DNA of 64,000 nt from assembly GCF_009914755.1 (NCBI RefSeq), contig NC_060927.1; one strand, given 5' to 3'. Shown piece after piece: positions 38,540-51,262 of the stretch. Below the pieces are notes generated by a model, which had not been told where the DNA came from, did no database searches, and saw nothing but the letters and a program-made list of their open reading frames with translations. How positions within the stretch are numbered: the stretch's first letter is position 1; each line of letters starts with the position of its first letter. A program made the position numbers and the translations under genes. Source of the stretch: the human T2T-CHM13v2.0 reference genome, Homo sapiens.

Positions 38540-39063
38540 ATGGAGTCACGTTACTGCCTGCTAGGCACGGGGTTTTGCTCCACAGCCCCCATTCACCTTA
38601 CTTCCAGGAAGACAGACCAAGTTCCCACCTCCTCCACTTTCTGTCCAGAAGCTCCCACCACCCCCATAAGCTCCAGACATAGAGCATATGACTCAACTTG
38701 GCCAATCACAGCATCACATTCTCTGGCCTGCAGTGATTCAATCAAATCCAGTGAGAGGAGCTGAGAATTTTGCTGAACTACTGCAGGAAAGGCACCTGCT
38801 CTTTGCTTGTGGATCTGAATCTGGAAGGATGATGGCTGGCAGCCATTTGCTACCAACAGAGCCTGAGGAGGTAACCAACACACGCAGGACAGGAGAGACT
38901 CAGGGTGGAGACAAATAGCTCCTGACCACATCATCTGAGCCCCTGGGACCCACCATGCATGAAGGCGGGTCTCAATCTTCTAATTCCACAAGCCAATAAA
39001 TCTTCTCATTTGCTTAAGTGATTTTGAGCTGGTTTTTCTTTTTGCTTGCAAATGAAAGAGTTG
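38540..39063 (+). mobile_element. MLT1K/L-type solo LTR
   Basis: GGCCAATCACAGCATCACATTCTCTGGCC ... GGCAGCCATTTGCTACCA ... GCCAATAAATCTTCTCATTTGCTTAAG...GCTTGCAA. Confidence 0.7.
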
Positions 39064-39099
39064 AAAAAGGGAAGAGCTGAATAGGGGATAGAGAAGAGG

Positions 39100-39480
39100 C
39101 AAAGGCTATGAGTAAGATCAAACAATTATTTACTGCAAGTCTACTACATGCCTGGCACTGCACTCTGTTCACTATGGGATACCAGACACACACATAGACC
39201 CAGAGTTTACAATCTTTTAGGAGAGATGAGACATGAGTTTGAGTGACTGTAATATAAAGAAAAAATATGACAAATGCTGTGAGCAGGGAATAAAAAGTTC
39301 TGCTGACACACAAGGAGTGAGAGCCTTCTTCTGGCTTTAGGCCAGGAAAAGGATTCATGGAGATGGCTCGTAGCACTGCTTTGAAGAGGGCTGGAATTTG
39401 ACAAGCAGAATTTGGGGTGGAAAGTGGCAGATGGCCCCCCCAGTGGAGGGGACAGTGTGAGCAAAGGTGAGAGAGACATG
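39100..39480 (-). mobile_element. L2 remnant
   Basis: CAAACAATTATTTACTG...CTACATGCCTGGCACTG...GGATTCATGGAG. Confidence 0.65.
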
Positions 39481-39859
39481 TTCTAGAATGGCAGACATCG
39501 TGTTGACAGACAAGCACCAGGGGAAACAAAGGGCAGACATCAGGAATTCTGCAGGGTCCTGGCCAGGGCCCTCCCTTCCTCTCAGGGAACCTCAAATGTC
39601 TTTGTCTCTATACTGCAGCCATATTCTGGCTGAAGTTCTGTCATCTTGGGTTGCTGAGGGAAGGGTTTTCTACAACAGATATCAGCCTGCAAAGGATTCT
39701 AGCTTTTGCTTCTCCTGGCCACCCCTTGGGGGAATCCTTTATATATTAAGTAGTTGCCATGTGAGATCTACTGCCACTCAAAGTTAAACAGCTCAGTTGG
39801 CACTCTCCAAAGTCTGCTTCCAGCATAAACCCATGCCACATGGGCAAAAATCCATTTGG

Positions 39860-40525
39860 GAAAAGACTGGGAGGAGCACTCCAGTCAAAACCTTACATGG
39901 TCTGATCCCTGCCAACCTCTTCTCACTCCATGGCCCCCTCTGCTTTCTGCATTCCCTATGGCTTCCAGCCACAGGACCTTTGCACATGCTGTTCTCTCTG
40001 TCTGGAACACCACCCTTTTACCTAAGCAACTCCAACTTATCTCTTAGATCACAACTCAATTGCCACTTCATCATAGAAGCCTTTGCTCGTGGCCCTCCAG
40101 GGCTCAAGGCCTCCCAGTACAGGAGTTAAAGACAAGGGTTCCAGAGTCAGAATGCCTGCGTTTAAATTCTGGCTCCAGTGCTTACTAGTTTTATGACCTT
40201 TCTGTGCCTCTGTTTTCTGATCTGTAATATTGGCTAATTAACGGAGAGGCTTGATAATGGCAATAGTGTTGGCAGATAACACTGAATGAACATGAGCTAC
40301 CATCATATGATTTCAGAGCAACTTGTCCTGCCTCTCTGCCTAGTCACAGTTGCAAGTTAATGCATTCATGTGATCCTTTGATTAACGTCTGTCTTTGCCA
40401 ATTGACTAAATGCCCTACTATTAATAGGTAGAACAATGTCTGGTTTTGCCCACCTCTAGCACTTAGTATCCTGCCTGGCACGTAATAGATGGCTTAAAAA
40501 TATTTCAGAAATGCAGGTATGAATA
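39860..40525 (+). mobile_element. L2 remnant with nested MIR (about 40120-40240)
   Basis: CAGGACCTTTGCACATGCTGTTCTCTCTGTCTGGAAC, then MIR TTTAAATTCTGGCTCC...CTGTGCCTCTGTTTTC, then CCTGGCACGTAATAG tail. Confidence 0.7.
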
Positions 40526-42350
40526 AAAGAACCCAGAGTGGGGAAAATAAGGTCCCAAATATTCTTATATTTGCAGAAACCCTGACCTCAAAACGTCACT
40601 CCAAATAACCAAGGAGCAAGATCTCAAAAGTTGCAAACATCTGTGGTTTCAAAGATGAATAAAACAAGTTCCAAAAGATGCTCCAGCCACTGAATTCCTC
40701 TTTAGCAATTCATTTCCTGAAAAGTGGACATGAGGCTGGAGTAAATGTGGCCAGCCAACCAGATGCAATGCTCTGAAGTTAACAGAAGTTTGTCTGATGT
40801 GCATCAAATGACTATAATTCCTTTTCTAGTATCCCTAACAGTTACAGAGAGGTTTCTGTGAGTGTGGCCTTTGGCCCAGATTTTAAATAATATTATGCTT
40901 TGCTGCAATGCTGTTTTCTGAGAGTTTACATCTTTGGGGTATGTTTTTAATATGCGCCTCATAATGGGCCAAATTCTCCTCTGAGATCCAAGCTAGATCT
41001 CCCAAGTACAGACTATGTTATAGATCTAGGGGTAAACAGTGGTTTCCATGTCAAACTTTTGATCCATCATTATTCTGTGATCCTCCAGGAAGAAGGGCTC
41101 AGATGCAGATGACCAAAAGTGGGTACAGTTTGCAGGGAGGCATTAGTATTTCCCTTTGCAAAACATGTTAGTCCCACAGCAAGGTCTGGAGACACAGTTG
41201 GGCAGGCTGAGAGAGCAGGAGACCCAGATGCTGGAGCCCTCACCTTGGGATTTACCAAGGCATGTGGCTCCAACTGGGTATTGGTTTTCCCTGGAGCAGG
41301 GCATGGCCTTTTAACCAGTTTTCCCTTTTTCATGCTCCCTTAAACCAGTCCAGCATCTCCCTATGGGCCTGGACCACAGAGATGCCTTTCTTCCTGACTC
41401 CTGAGACTTCTGAAAGTTTTTCCACATTTTTCTCCTTCCAAGAAAGCAATGGTTCTCCAACTCAGAGGTTCTGATTTCAGGAAGCATCTGTGGAGTGTAG
41501 CTCTGAGAAGAAAGCACCCAAAGTGGTGAAGAGTAGTGTGTGCATGCACTTAAGGCCCATGCCCTCCTAGGGCAGGACTGAAGCCATAGCTCCAGGTGCC
41601 TGTAAAATCCAGAACTCACAACCTCAGGGTTCCTACCTCTCTACCTCATTTTAGGTCTCAATAGCTATCTGTTTAGCAACTAAGTTGTTGGTTTCCACCA
41701 TGCTACAAATCAAATTAGTGACATCAGACAACACATGTGTCCCCAAGAGACCTGGCCCATGAAGTAAGACTGGAAGTCCCCAATGGATGGGGCCTGGGCA
41801 CTGTGCTGGGCTAGACTGTCAGGGGTGCAACCTAGATCCCTGCAAAACTCCCCATGGAGCGGCCTCAGAGGACAACACCCTCAGTCTATCCATCAATGTC
41901 CTCCTTGCCTTTGGCCTCTCTCCACTGGAGATGTGAACAAAGAGAGAACAAGAGAGATTAATTTCTTTTTAATCCTTCCTTTCTAGCAAGGGCTTGACCT
42001 CAGGCTTTGGCCTGTTTCAGCTTCTCCCCAGGCAAGACCATATTTCACGCTGAATCATCAGTTTCTGGGGAAACAGAGCGCTAGCCCACAGCGTACGGAT
42101 GGCCATGCTATCTTGAAGGAGCCCACAGGGGCTGCTCAGACATTATCTCATCCATCCCTACCCTTGGAACAAGGTGGGAGCAAGGAGCCGTTATCTTGGT
42201 TGGGCTGCTGAAGGAACTTTAGCCCAGAGACAAGGTACTTCTCCGGAGTAGTGCAGTACCAGGTCCTTCCTAGCTCCAGGAAAACCCTCAGCAGCCCCTT
42301 GCTTCTTGGGCCAGAGGAAAGCATGGTGGTGAGGAACCCTGCAGACCTTG

Positions 42351-42488
42351 ACTACTCAGCTCTGCCACTATGTCTCAAGAGCAGCCATAGGTCAGTGAAC
42401 AGGTGTGGCTGTGTTCCAATAAAACTTTACTTAAAAAAACAGGCAGTGGGCTGACATTGGCTCACAGGCCACATTTTGCTGAACTTTG
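42351..42488 (+). mobile_element. MER58A 3' part
   Basis: GTGTGGCTGTGTTCCAATAAAACTTTAC...AAAACAGGCAGTGGGCTG. Confidence 0.8.
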
Positions 42489-42545
42489 CCCCTAGTATAA
42501 GGCTATTTCTTGCTCAAGAAATGATCTTAGAATGTCAGGTTGGAG

Positions 42546-42615
42546 CAAGGTTTCTCAACTGCAGTACTATTGACATTTTAAGCCTGATAATTGTTGTAGG
42601 GGTCTGTCCCATGCA
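42546..42615 (-). mobile_element. MER20 terminal fragment
   Basis: CAAGGTTTCTCAAC...TACTATTGACATTTT...GATAATTGTTGTAGGGG. Confidence 0.75.
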
Positions 42616-42619
42616 CCTT

Positions 42620-42969
42620 GGTCTCCTGGAGCCCTAAGCTGCCATGTAAGAAATTGCACTACCCAGAGAGAAACCACAGGAGAGGCTCTGAGAGTACATG
42701 GAGAAGAGGGTCCCAGAGGTGCCCAGCCTGCAGCTGACCCCACCAAGGCCCTTGGCATGTGACTACAGCCATCTTGGATGCTCCAACCCAGGACAGCCAC
42801 CAGCTAAGTATCACTGAGGGACCACACTCCGTGTCCACATGGAGTCAAACTTCCCAGCTTAGTGCTGATGGAATTCCTGACCCATAAAATTCTGATATGT
42901 AAGAAAATGGTTGTTTAAGCCACCAAGTTTTGGGGGCATTTGTTATACAACAAGAGGTAACTGGATACA
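42620..42969 (+). mobile_element. MLT1H/I-type LTR, 3' portion
   Basis: GGAGCCCTAAGCTGCCATGTAAGAA ... GAATTCCTGACCCA ... GTTTAAGCCACCAAGTTTTGGGG...GTAACTGGATACA. Confidence 0.8.
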
Positions 42970-43859
42970 TTTCAGCGAAGAATGAGAAAAATCTGTCATT
43001 TAGCCAAAAATCTTACCAACCTAGGTTAGAAATCTGATCAAAGGGGAACTAAATGATCAGAAACCCACTGTGGTGGCAGAATATTAGGTCACTGTCTTGG
43101 CAGATTATTGGCCCAGTAAGCCCCTAATATTCCTTTAGTGAGTACACGGAACCTCTTCTCCCAACAAGACTCGGCCTTTTTGGGGAGGGCCCTCCACACC
43201 TCCTCTTCATGGTTTGGGAAACCTGAAAGACTGGCTCATCAATATATCGATGGCCAAAGGCAAACATGGCTTCACCAGTTCAGGCAGAAGCTTTAGATGA
43301 TGTCGGCACAGTCACAGCAGAAAGCTCACCAAACTACTGCAGCTTTTCTTTAAAAAAAAAAAAAAAATTAAGAGCAAGAAGAAAAACTTTGGGCTAGAAA
43401 TCAGACATCTTGGGATTTCTATCACCATGGAAGATGACAAGCTATATGACCTTTGGCAAATTTCTTTACTTCCCTGGTTTTTCATTTTTTCCGTGTGTCC
43501 ATTATGGCTTTGGACAAGCTCAGAGGTTTTCATATCTACTTTTTGGAAGCCCACAGAAACCCCTCAGAGGCTGTGGGTGCATTTCTGTGGGTTAGAGGGT
43601 AGGTAAGAGGGAAGACTTGGCAAACGGGGCTCCAAGTCCTCTAGCTTCATTTCACTCAAAGGCATTTATGGGCATTTGTCAGAACTTAATTTGAAACTGA
43701 AAGCTAAACCATGCCTGCACATCACTGGTCTTCACAGTTTGTAAGGTCCTTCTAGAATCCTCATCCCTAAATTCTCTGCCCCTAATTTTGATGGGGAATG
43801 AATGTGGCATTTTTGTGTATCTATTTTCCCCACTGCCCTTTTCAGAAAGGTAGGCATGG

Positions 43860-44722
43860 TGGGCTACTCGCTTTTTTTCTTGCCCTGTATCCATCCTCCC
43901 TTCTAATAATAGCACCCCCAATTTACTCTGGGAAACTATCCAAGGTCTACTCTCAGTCCATGACCCATCTGAGTGGGAGCATGTGAGCAGACCTGGTCTA
44001 TTAAAATGCAGCATCCCCTTGGCCATGCCATATTATTAAGTCATGAATGGGCACAGAACCTAAGCCAGCCCAATGAGAGTCTGCCCTGAATTTTCACTGG
44101 AACCATCATAAAAGTGGCTATCTCTTTGTGGAATTGTAGAATGCTAGCCTGGAGTTGACAGAAGCCATCCTGCCACCTCAATGTGAAAGGCAGTTTAAGA
44201 ATGAATCCCACCTAAAGGAGTGGAAAGCCAAGTGAAGAAGAAAATACAGCATCTTGATAGCATCGCCTGGGCTGCTGGATTGAGCTATACCTCAAGGCAA
44301 TAGGTCCTTGGATTTTCTAGTTCTTTAAGCTGAAAAATTCTCCCGCTGCCTTCTTTTTCTTTTTTGAGACGGAGTTTTGCTCTCGTTTCCCAGGCTGGAG
44401 TGCAATGGTGTGATCCCTGCTCACTGCAACCTCCACCTTCCTGGGTTCAAGCGATTCTCTTGCCTCAGCCTCCCGAGTAGCTGGGATTACAGTTGCCCGC
44501 CACCATGCCCAGCTAATTTTTGTATTTTTAGTAGAGACGGGGTTTCACCATGTTGGCCAGGCTGGTCTCAAACCCCTGATCTCAGGTGTTCCAACTCCCT
44601 AGGCCTCCCAAAGTGCTGGGATTACAGGCATGAGCCACTGTGCCTGGCCCGCTGCCTTCTTTTTTAATTAAGCTAATTTGAGTTGAGTATTTGTCACTTG
44701 AAACTAAGTATCTTAGCTAATA
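43860..44722 (+). mobile_element. MLT1J/K-type LTR interrupted by AluSp
   Basis: GCCAGCCCAATGAGAGTC...AGCCATCCTGCCACC...; resumes after the Alu with TTAAGCTAATTTGAGTTGAG...TGTCACTTG. Confidence 0.7.
44359..44649 (-). mobile_element. AluSp-like
   Basis: GAGTTTTGCTCTC...GGAGTGCAATGG diagnostic. Perfect 15-bp TSD cgctgccttcttttt (44344-44358 / 44650-44664). Confidence 0.95.
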
Positions 44723-45060
44723 GAAGAAGTAAATACAGTTTAATTGAGTCTGGGATGCCATATAAGAAAAGTCCAAGTGTTTTGCATACTCTGCTTGCAA
44801 AGAAAACAACCTCCCAGGTTGGTGGCCTGAGGGTTTGTGCAACACCAAAGAACACCAAGCTCAGCCAGCCCAATTGCCCTCCCATCCCTTTTCTTTTTTT
44901 TTCATTTCTTTCCAGCTGCACGGTCTTTTATGGAGCCCATCTTTCTAAGACATTCAAAATGACATGCTATTGGAAGACATTTCTGTCCATGCTAATACCT
45001 GTGTTTAAATTTTTTTGTTGTTGTTTAAAAAAAAAGATCATGATATGATAGCAAATGAAT

Positions 45061-45123
45061 GTTGGCAAATTGCCAACTGACAGGCGTAAAATTTTATGAA
45101 CATGCACATTCCAAAGGAATGTG
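45061..45123. promoter_or_regulatory. Enhancer-like cassette: NFI palindrome, MEIS, HOX/CDX, inverted TEAD pair
   Basis: GTTGGCAAATTGCCAAC (45061-77), TGACAG (45078-83), TTTTATGA (45092-99), CACATTCC-AAA-GGAATGTG (45105-23). Confidence 0.55.
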
Positions 45124-45559
45124 GAAATAAGCCATCCACCGTAGTCCAGTTTGGCAGAAATATTACAAAAATATAAGTTTGGCATATATTGTAATTCATT
45201 TAAAGATGCTTAAAAACCCATCCATCAACCTTGCACAGAAGGTCAAAGAAACACATGAATCCCAAATAAACAGCAACTGATGTACAAGGAAAAGGCCTGA
45301 ATATCAGCTCCAGATACCAGAGAGACTGTACACATATGAAGAGGATGAAGGTGCTGTTTGGAAGGCTGAGCTTCTAAAACCTTCATTGGTGTTTAAAAAG
45401 AAATAATAATCATTTCTTAGCAGTAAGTAAGGTGGACTGTTGCCCTCTGCGTGGCCATCAGAATTCTGCTCCTCTGGGAGAATTTTGCTGAAGAATTGGT
45501 GAGTATGCATCCTGAGTGTCTTTCCTTTTTTTTTTTTTTTTTACTTCAAGGACCATATC

Positions 45560-46140
45560 TGCAATAATCAATTGCTCTCACGTATTTGGTACCTGGACAC
45601 TCTTCACTTTGTCACAAGCATGAAGAAACTAACTTACTTCTTCCCAGCCCCAGGATGGGCTCCCAACTGGGACTTGGCCAGTGTGATTACTCAACCTCTG
45701 GTCACAGTGATGGGTTCAAGGTTGGGTAAGTGCTCCATTTGAGTCTTCCATGAGATCTGATAAGAGAACACTGAGAGAGAGAGACAGAGACAGTGACAGA
45801 GGATCCCTTCAGAATCCAAAGCAGAAAGGGCCACGGAACGTGGAGAAATTTCTATCTTTCCCCCAGCCATCTAAAGGGAGCTTCCTGTAGAAGGGAATGA
45901 GTCCAACATGCAGAGAGAAGCAGAGAAGAGAGATGAATGCAACAGGGGTGGGAGAGATGGAAAGATAGAGAGATAGACAGAGACAGAGGCAGAGAGATCT
46001 GAGAACCAGCTGTGCCTGCCAACAGAGCCACTCCTGCCTGGGCTCCTCAGTAACATTAGCCAATAAATATTCTTTTCAGCTTCGTTTAGTTTTGAGCTGG
46101 GCTTCTGCCACTTGGAACTGAACTAATTTTCACTGATACA
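45560..46140 (+). mobile_element. MLT1K-type LTR
   Basis: CTCTGGTCACAGTGATGGGTTCAAGG ... GCCAATAAATATTC...TTTGAGCTGGGCTTCTGCCACTTG...CTGATACA. Confidence 0.65.
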
Positions 46141-46718
46141 GTTACCCACAATATTTGCAGCGTGATCAAGACCATAAGAGAAGTTGGATACAGGAGGAGG
46201 ATGACACGGTTCTTACTTCAAAGGAATTCACAATCTAATTTGTGTTCAGTTTGGTAATGGTTTGCTAAGCATCTATTCTGTTCTAAGGCGCGGTATCTGG
46301 TGACTCCAAGATCAGGATGACACAGATCTCATCCTATAGGATTTCCCTGCTGAGCAATGGGGTGGATGTCTGCCTGATGTTTTGAAGACGGAGAGATCTG
46401 TTATTATTTGGAACTAGGAAGGCACCATTCTGCTGGAGAGGAAGGTGAACAAAGTCTAGAGGAAATGAAAAAGCTTGGAGGATATAAACTTGGAAGTCTA
46501 GTTAGAGTATTTCATACCGTGGAAAATTATTTAAAAGAGATTGCAAAATATTCATGCTTCCCTGATGCCCTCTAGTCCCCAAATTCTAAATGGCTTTTTT
46601 CCACCCATAATTTAACCAGTTGTGAAACTGAGGTGCGCTTTATCATAAGTTGTTTAAATGCTTGAGATTGAGCTTCCCTGACTGTAATATGGGAATAATA
46701 CTCACATTGCAGGATTCT

Positions 46719-47430
46719 TGTGACAGAGACACTGCCAGCTGTCCACTCCACTAAGTACACCGTCCTTCTTAGTTATAGAGTTTGTTACTTTCAGATGGAC
46801 ACACAGCTATTAGAATAATGACTACATTTCCCAGGCTCTGTCACAGCTCTGTATAGCCATCTGTCTAAATTCTGACTAATGAAATATAAGCAGAGGGACT
46901 GCAAATAGTTTCTAAGAAGTGTCCACAGAAAGACCCTCCCTCTTTGACCCATCCCCATTCGTGTGGCCAAAATACAGCCACTAAGGCTGGAGCTTGCGAG
47001 CAACCATTTTGACTCAGAAGGCAGAATCCATGTCCTAGGACAGGGATCAGCAAATGTTTTCCATAAAGGGTCAGACAGTAAGGATTTCTGACTTTGCTGG
47101 CCATATGTTCTCCGTGGCAGTACTCAACTCTGCTGCTGGAATACGAAAGCAACCATGCATAATATGTAAACGAACGAGTGTGGCTGTGTTCCAATAACAC
47201 TTCACTTATAAACTCAGGCAGTGGGCTGCAGGCCATAGTTTGCTGACCCCTTTCTCTAGGATGGGAGAGCAGCAGGTTAAAGGAACCTGGGACCCTGATG
47301 ACATTGTAACACCCATCACCCAGACATGGACTGCCTCCCACCAGATTTATATCATATAAGAAAAAAAGAAGTTTCACAATTATTTTAGCATTTTCTGTCA
47401 TGCGAAGCCAAACTTAATTCTAATTAAAAT
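46719..47430 (+). mobile_element. MLT1J-type LTR interrupted by MER58A
   Basis: GACTACATTTCCCAGG...AATTCTGACTAATGAAATATAAGCAG ... GGAACCTGGGACCCTGATGAC...GGACTGCCT. Confidence 0.75.
47041..47252 (+). mobile_element. MER58A, full length
   Basis: TIRs CAGGGATCAGCAAA ... TTTGCTGACCCCT. TSD-like tcctagga / ctctagga. Confidence 0.9.
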
Positions 47431-48603
47431 AGTTGTTTAAGGAAAGAATAAGTGATGTATATAAAATATCCAACATAAATATTAGAAACAAATGGATATT
47501 GAATAAAATAGGTATTTCATAATAATAACCAGATAGCTGTATTCAGAAAAGCTTTAACCCACCTCTAAGTTAAGAACATAGTGGCTGACGGGTACTGGAA
47601 GCCTGCTGGGAAGAGAGGAGAGAGGTCCAGGCCACAGGCAGAGTGTCCCCTTTCTGCCCTTTGCCGTGCACTTATCTAGAGGGGTCAGTGAATCCACGTT
47701 CCACCTCTGCATTTCCCTCTAATATATCAGCATGGTACTCCTTCCCAGCCTGCTGAGATGCTACCATCAGGACTATCATAAACCACTCAGAAAAAAAAAA
47801 AGTGCTAAACTTTATTAAACATCATAAAAAAAATGTGATGGCCTAGATCCATGTAGGCTCACTTGGGTTAGAGTGCCCAGGCTTGGCCGTAAGTCACTCT
47901 TTGGCAACCAAAACCACATGAAACATCGTGTTGAAAACTTGCTAAATCATTTGTCACTCAAAGGCTTTTAAAATAAAATACTTTCAGAAATAATCATTTG
48001 ATTTCAGACTCTGAACTGCAGGCTGCCCTGAGATGGATGTAAATACTCTGTCTGCACAGGCACATTCAATAGCAACTGAAAGCAGGGCGAGTCAAAAGTC
48101 TTTTGCTGCTAAGTTTCAAATCCAAAACTACACTTCTCTCAAATTCCAAATTTCTTCTTCCTTATATCTCAAATGAAATTGTTGCATCCAGCAAGGAGGC
48201 AGAGTGGTCTCTTAGCTTGGGGGGAAATGTCTTAGCCACTGAGTATTCTGGCTCTGGATGGAGTAGCTTGACTTTCACTCTATGATGGACTCCATTCATT
48301 GAACTTCCTATGGTATATCAAGAGCATCTACTTGGTCCTAACAGTGTGAGTTCAAATCCTGGTTTCACCACTTACCAATTGTGGGACTTTGAGCAAACCC
48401 ATAATGTCCTATCTGCGATTGTATAGGTACATGAAGAATTAAATCCATTCATTCATTCACCATGAAAAATGTTTTTACACATGTACTAAGTGCCAGGTAC
48501 TATTTGATGCGCAAGGAACAAAGTAGGCAAATAGCCTGCATGTATCAGGCCTGGTGCAAAGTAATTATTCAATGAATGCTTGCTGTTACTATGCTGGTAA
48601 TTC

Positions 48604-48606
48604 TAT

Positions 48607-48637
<31 letters not shown>

Positions 48638-48914
48638 TGATGGAGTCTCGCTCTGTTGCCCAGGTTGAACAGGTTGGAGTGCAATGGTACAATCTCCACT
48701 CACTGCTACCTCCGCCTCCTGGGTTTAAGGGATTCTCCTATCTCAGCCTTCTGAGTAGCTGAGATTACAGGTCTGTGCCACCACCCCTGTTTAAGTTTTG
48801 TATTTTTGTAGAAACAAGGTTTCACCATGTTGGCCAGGTTAAATTCCTGACCTCAAGTGATCCACTCGCCTCAGCCTCCCAAAGTGCTGGGATTACAGGC
48901 ATGAGCCACCGTGC
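48604..48914 (-). mobile_element. Alu (old S/J) with (TTTA)n tail
   Basis: Reverse Alu with a small internal duplication CAGGTTGAA/CAGGTTGGA. First ~6 nt of the element are missing. Confidence 0.92.
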
Positions 48915-49196
48915 AACAGATTGTTGTTCTATTACCCAGGCTGGAGTGCAGTGGTGCAATCTTGGCTCACTGAAACCTCTGCCTCCTGGGTTTAAGCAAT
49001 CCTCTCACCTTAGCCTCCTGAGCAGTTAGGATTACAGGTGTATGTCACCATGCCCAGCTAATTGTTTTGTATTTTTAGTAGAGACAAGGTTTCACCATGC
49101 TGGCCAGGCTAGTCTGGAACTCCTGACATCAAGTGATCTGCCTGCCTTGGCCTCCCAAAGTGTTGGGATTACAGGCATAAGCCACTGTGCCTGACC
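48915..49196 (-). mobile_element. Alu (Jb/Sz-like) lacking its poly(A) tail
   Basis: Reverse Alu body abuts the head of the preceding Alu with no T tract. Confidence 0.92.
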
Positions 49197-49229
49197 GATA
49201 ATTAATTTTCAAAATGTATATATATATAT

Positions 49230-50015
49230 ATCAGACCATATTCCAAGTGCTGGAAATCCAGAGCGAAATAAGAGAAGACCATATTCTCATAGTACTTGCA
49301 TATGGAGGGGAGGGCAGGCAATATACAAATATGCAAACAAGATCCTTCCCTATGGTTTATTGCCATGAAAGCAACTAGCCAGGGTTATGTGATGGCAAGC
49401 AATCAATGATGGAGTGGTGAGGAGAGTTGTGAGTTGGAGAAACTGCTTGAACCACCATGTGACAATCTGGAGGTAAGCACTCCAGGCAGAGCAATAGACC
49501 TGCGCAAAGGCCCTGAGGCCAGAATGTTGGGAAAGAGACAGGAGGCCAGTTAAACAAAGGGAAGAGTGAAATAAGGCAAGGTTGGAAAGGTGGGTAGGTA
49601 CCTTATGGGACATGGAAGTCCTCATAAGTCATTTGGATTGCATCCAAATAAAATGAGATTCCACTGGAGGGTTTTTAGGGAGAGCTTGATCTGATTTTCA
49701 TTTCAAAAACTGGTCCTTCTGAGCGTATAGAGACTACGGTGGAAGCAGGACTCAGCTGGGAGGTGATGGTGGCCTGGAGTGGGTGGTGAATGGTGAGATG
49801 GTAAGAAAGGGACAGTGGTGAGGCTGACAGGAGGTGAGAGAGGAGGGAGAGGTGAGGATGATGCCAAGGTTTTTCAGGAGGAGGACTGCATCTGGAGTGA
49901 GGGTGAGAAGGCACTGAGAAGGAGATTTCCCAGTGGCCAATGGAAGCAGGATCCGGGGCCCTGATCAGGGCTTTAGAGTCATCACCCATGAAGCCAGGGG
50001 GAGGGATGAGGTCAC
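49230..50015 (-). mobile_element. L2 remnant
   Basis: CAAAGGCCCTGAGGC...CCACTGGAGGGTTTT...TGATGCCAAGGTTTT in reverse L2 orientation. Confidence 0.75.
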
Positions 50016-50564
50016 CACGGTGATTAGTGAAGTAACAGACAGCAGCCTGGAAAATTTCCTTCCGGCCTTTTCTCTCATAACTGTTTTATCACTATCTGGT
50101 GAGTTTCACTCCTGGTGATGGCTTCCCTCTTTGGGCCCTTCTAATCTGTTTCCTTTTAGAAGGTGGCTGTTTTCAGTGGTTTTTCATTTCTTTCTCTGGA
50201 CTAATTTTATTGCTCATAGGCTTCTCTTCAGCTGCCTTGGCAGGGAGATGCTGTATATTAAAATAGTTATTATTTTATTTTATAGCTCAGTTGAATCTAT
50301 ATTCAGCTCATTACAAGTGTATAGGCCTCACTAGCCAAGTACATTTCATAATGGCAAACTCTTATTGAGACAGAAATCTCATGTTCTCTCAGTGTCTCCC
50401 AGGAGGTTGCCCTCTGAATTGTGATGAGTGGTATGTGGGCACGAGGAGCCCACGGGTTGGATCAGTGCTAGTTAAATCATTGCCCTGGTTCAACTTGGCC
50501 GGGGACCCATGTGGTCTAAGCTCAGAGTGATGAGGAGGTAGAAGAGGAGTCATCCAGCAAGCAA

Positions 50565-51262
50565 TAGTTAGCAGGCATCTCAAAATTAATATGTCCAAAC
50601 CTGAGCTCCGGAACATCATCATTTGGCTTCTCCTGTAATCTTCCCCATTCTGGATGGCGGCAGCCTCACTCTTCTGGCTGCTCAGCCCAAAACTCTGGAG
50701 CCATCTTTGGCTCCTCTTTCCTTCATGTTCCACATCCAATATTTCAGCAAATACTATTACCTTTCACTTGAAAACCCATCCAAAATCCAACTGCTTCCCT
50801 CCATCTCCACTGCCATCACCTTGGTCCAAACCATCAAACGTCTGTTTTCTGTATTACTTCAATAGCCTTCCTGCCTTTGCCCCCATCCTGTTTATTCTCA
50901 CAGAGAGAAATAGCCAGAGAAATCCCATTCAGATGAAGCCAGCTCAGGACCAACATCTGCCACCATCTTCTGGTGACTTCCCTCCTCGTTCACAGCGAAA
51001 GCAAAAGCCTTCACTGTGACCCATGAGACCCTACACAGTCTGACCTGCTCCCCCTCTGACACGTCCCTGACTGCTCTACCTATCCTCGCTCCACTCATGT
51101 CACGTGTCATGAACACGTGCTAGGCACAGTCTCACCTCAGGGGCTTTGCATGTGCTCTTCTCACTGCCAGGAAAGCCCCGCCCCTAGATATCACCAAAAC
51201 TCGCTCCCTCACCTTCTTCAGGCCTTCACTCAAATATGACATTCTCACGGAAGCATTCCCTT
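50565..51262 (+). mobile_element. L2a remnant
   Basis: GGCATCTCAAAATTAATATGTCCAAACCTGAGCTCC ... CCATCTCCACTGCCATCACC ... CCTCAGGGGCTTTGCATGTGC. Confidence 0.85.

Noticed and set aside
39014-39595. 193-aa minus-strand ORF
   Set aside because: Lies mostly within an L2 remnant and an LTR end.
46865-47401. 178-aa ORF
   Set aside because: Runs across MLT1J and MER58A repeats.
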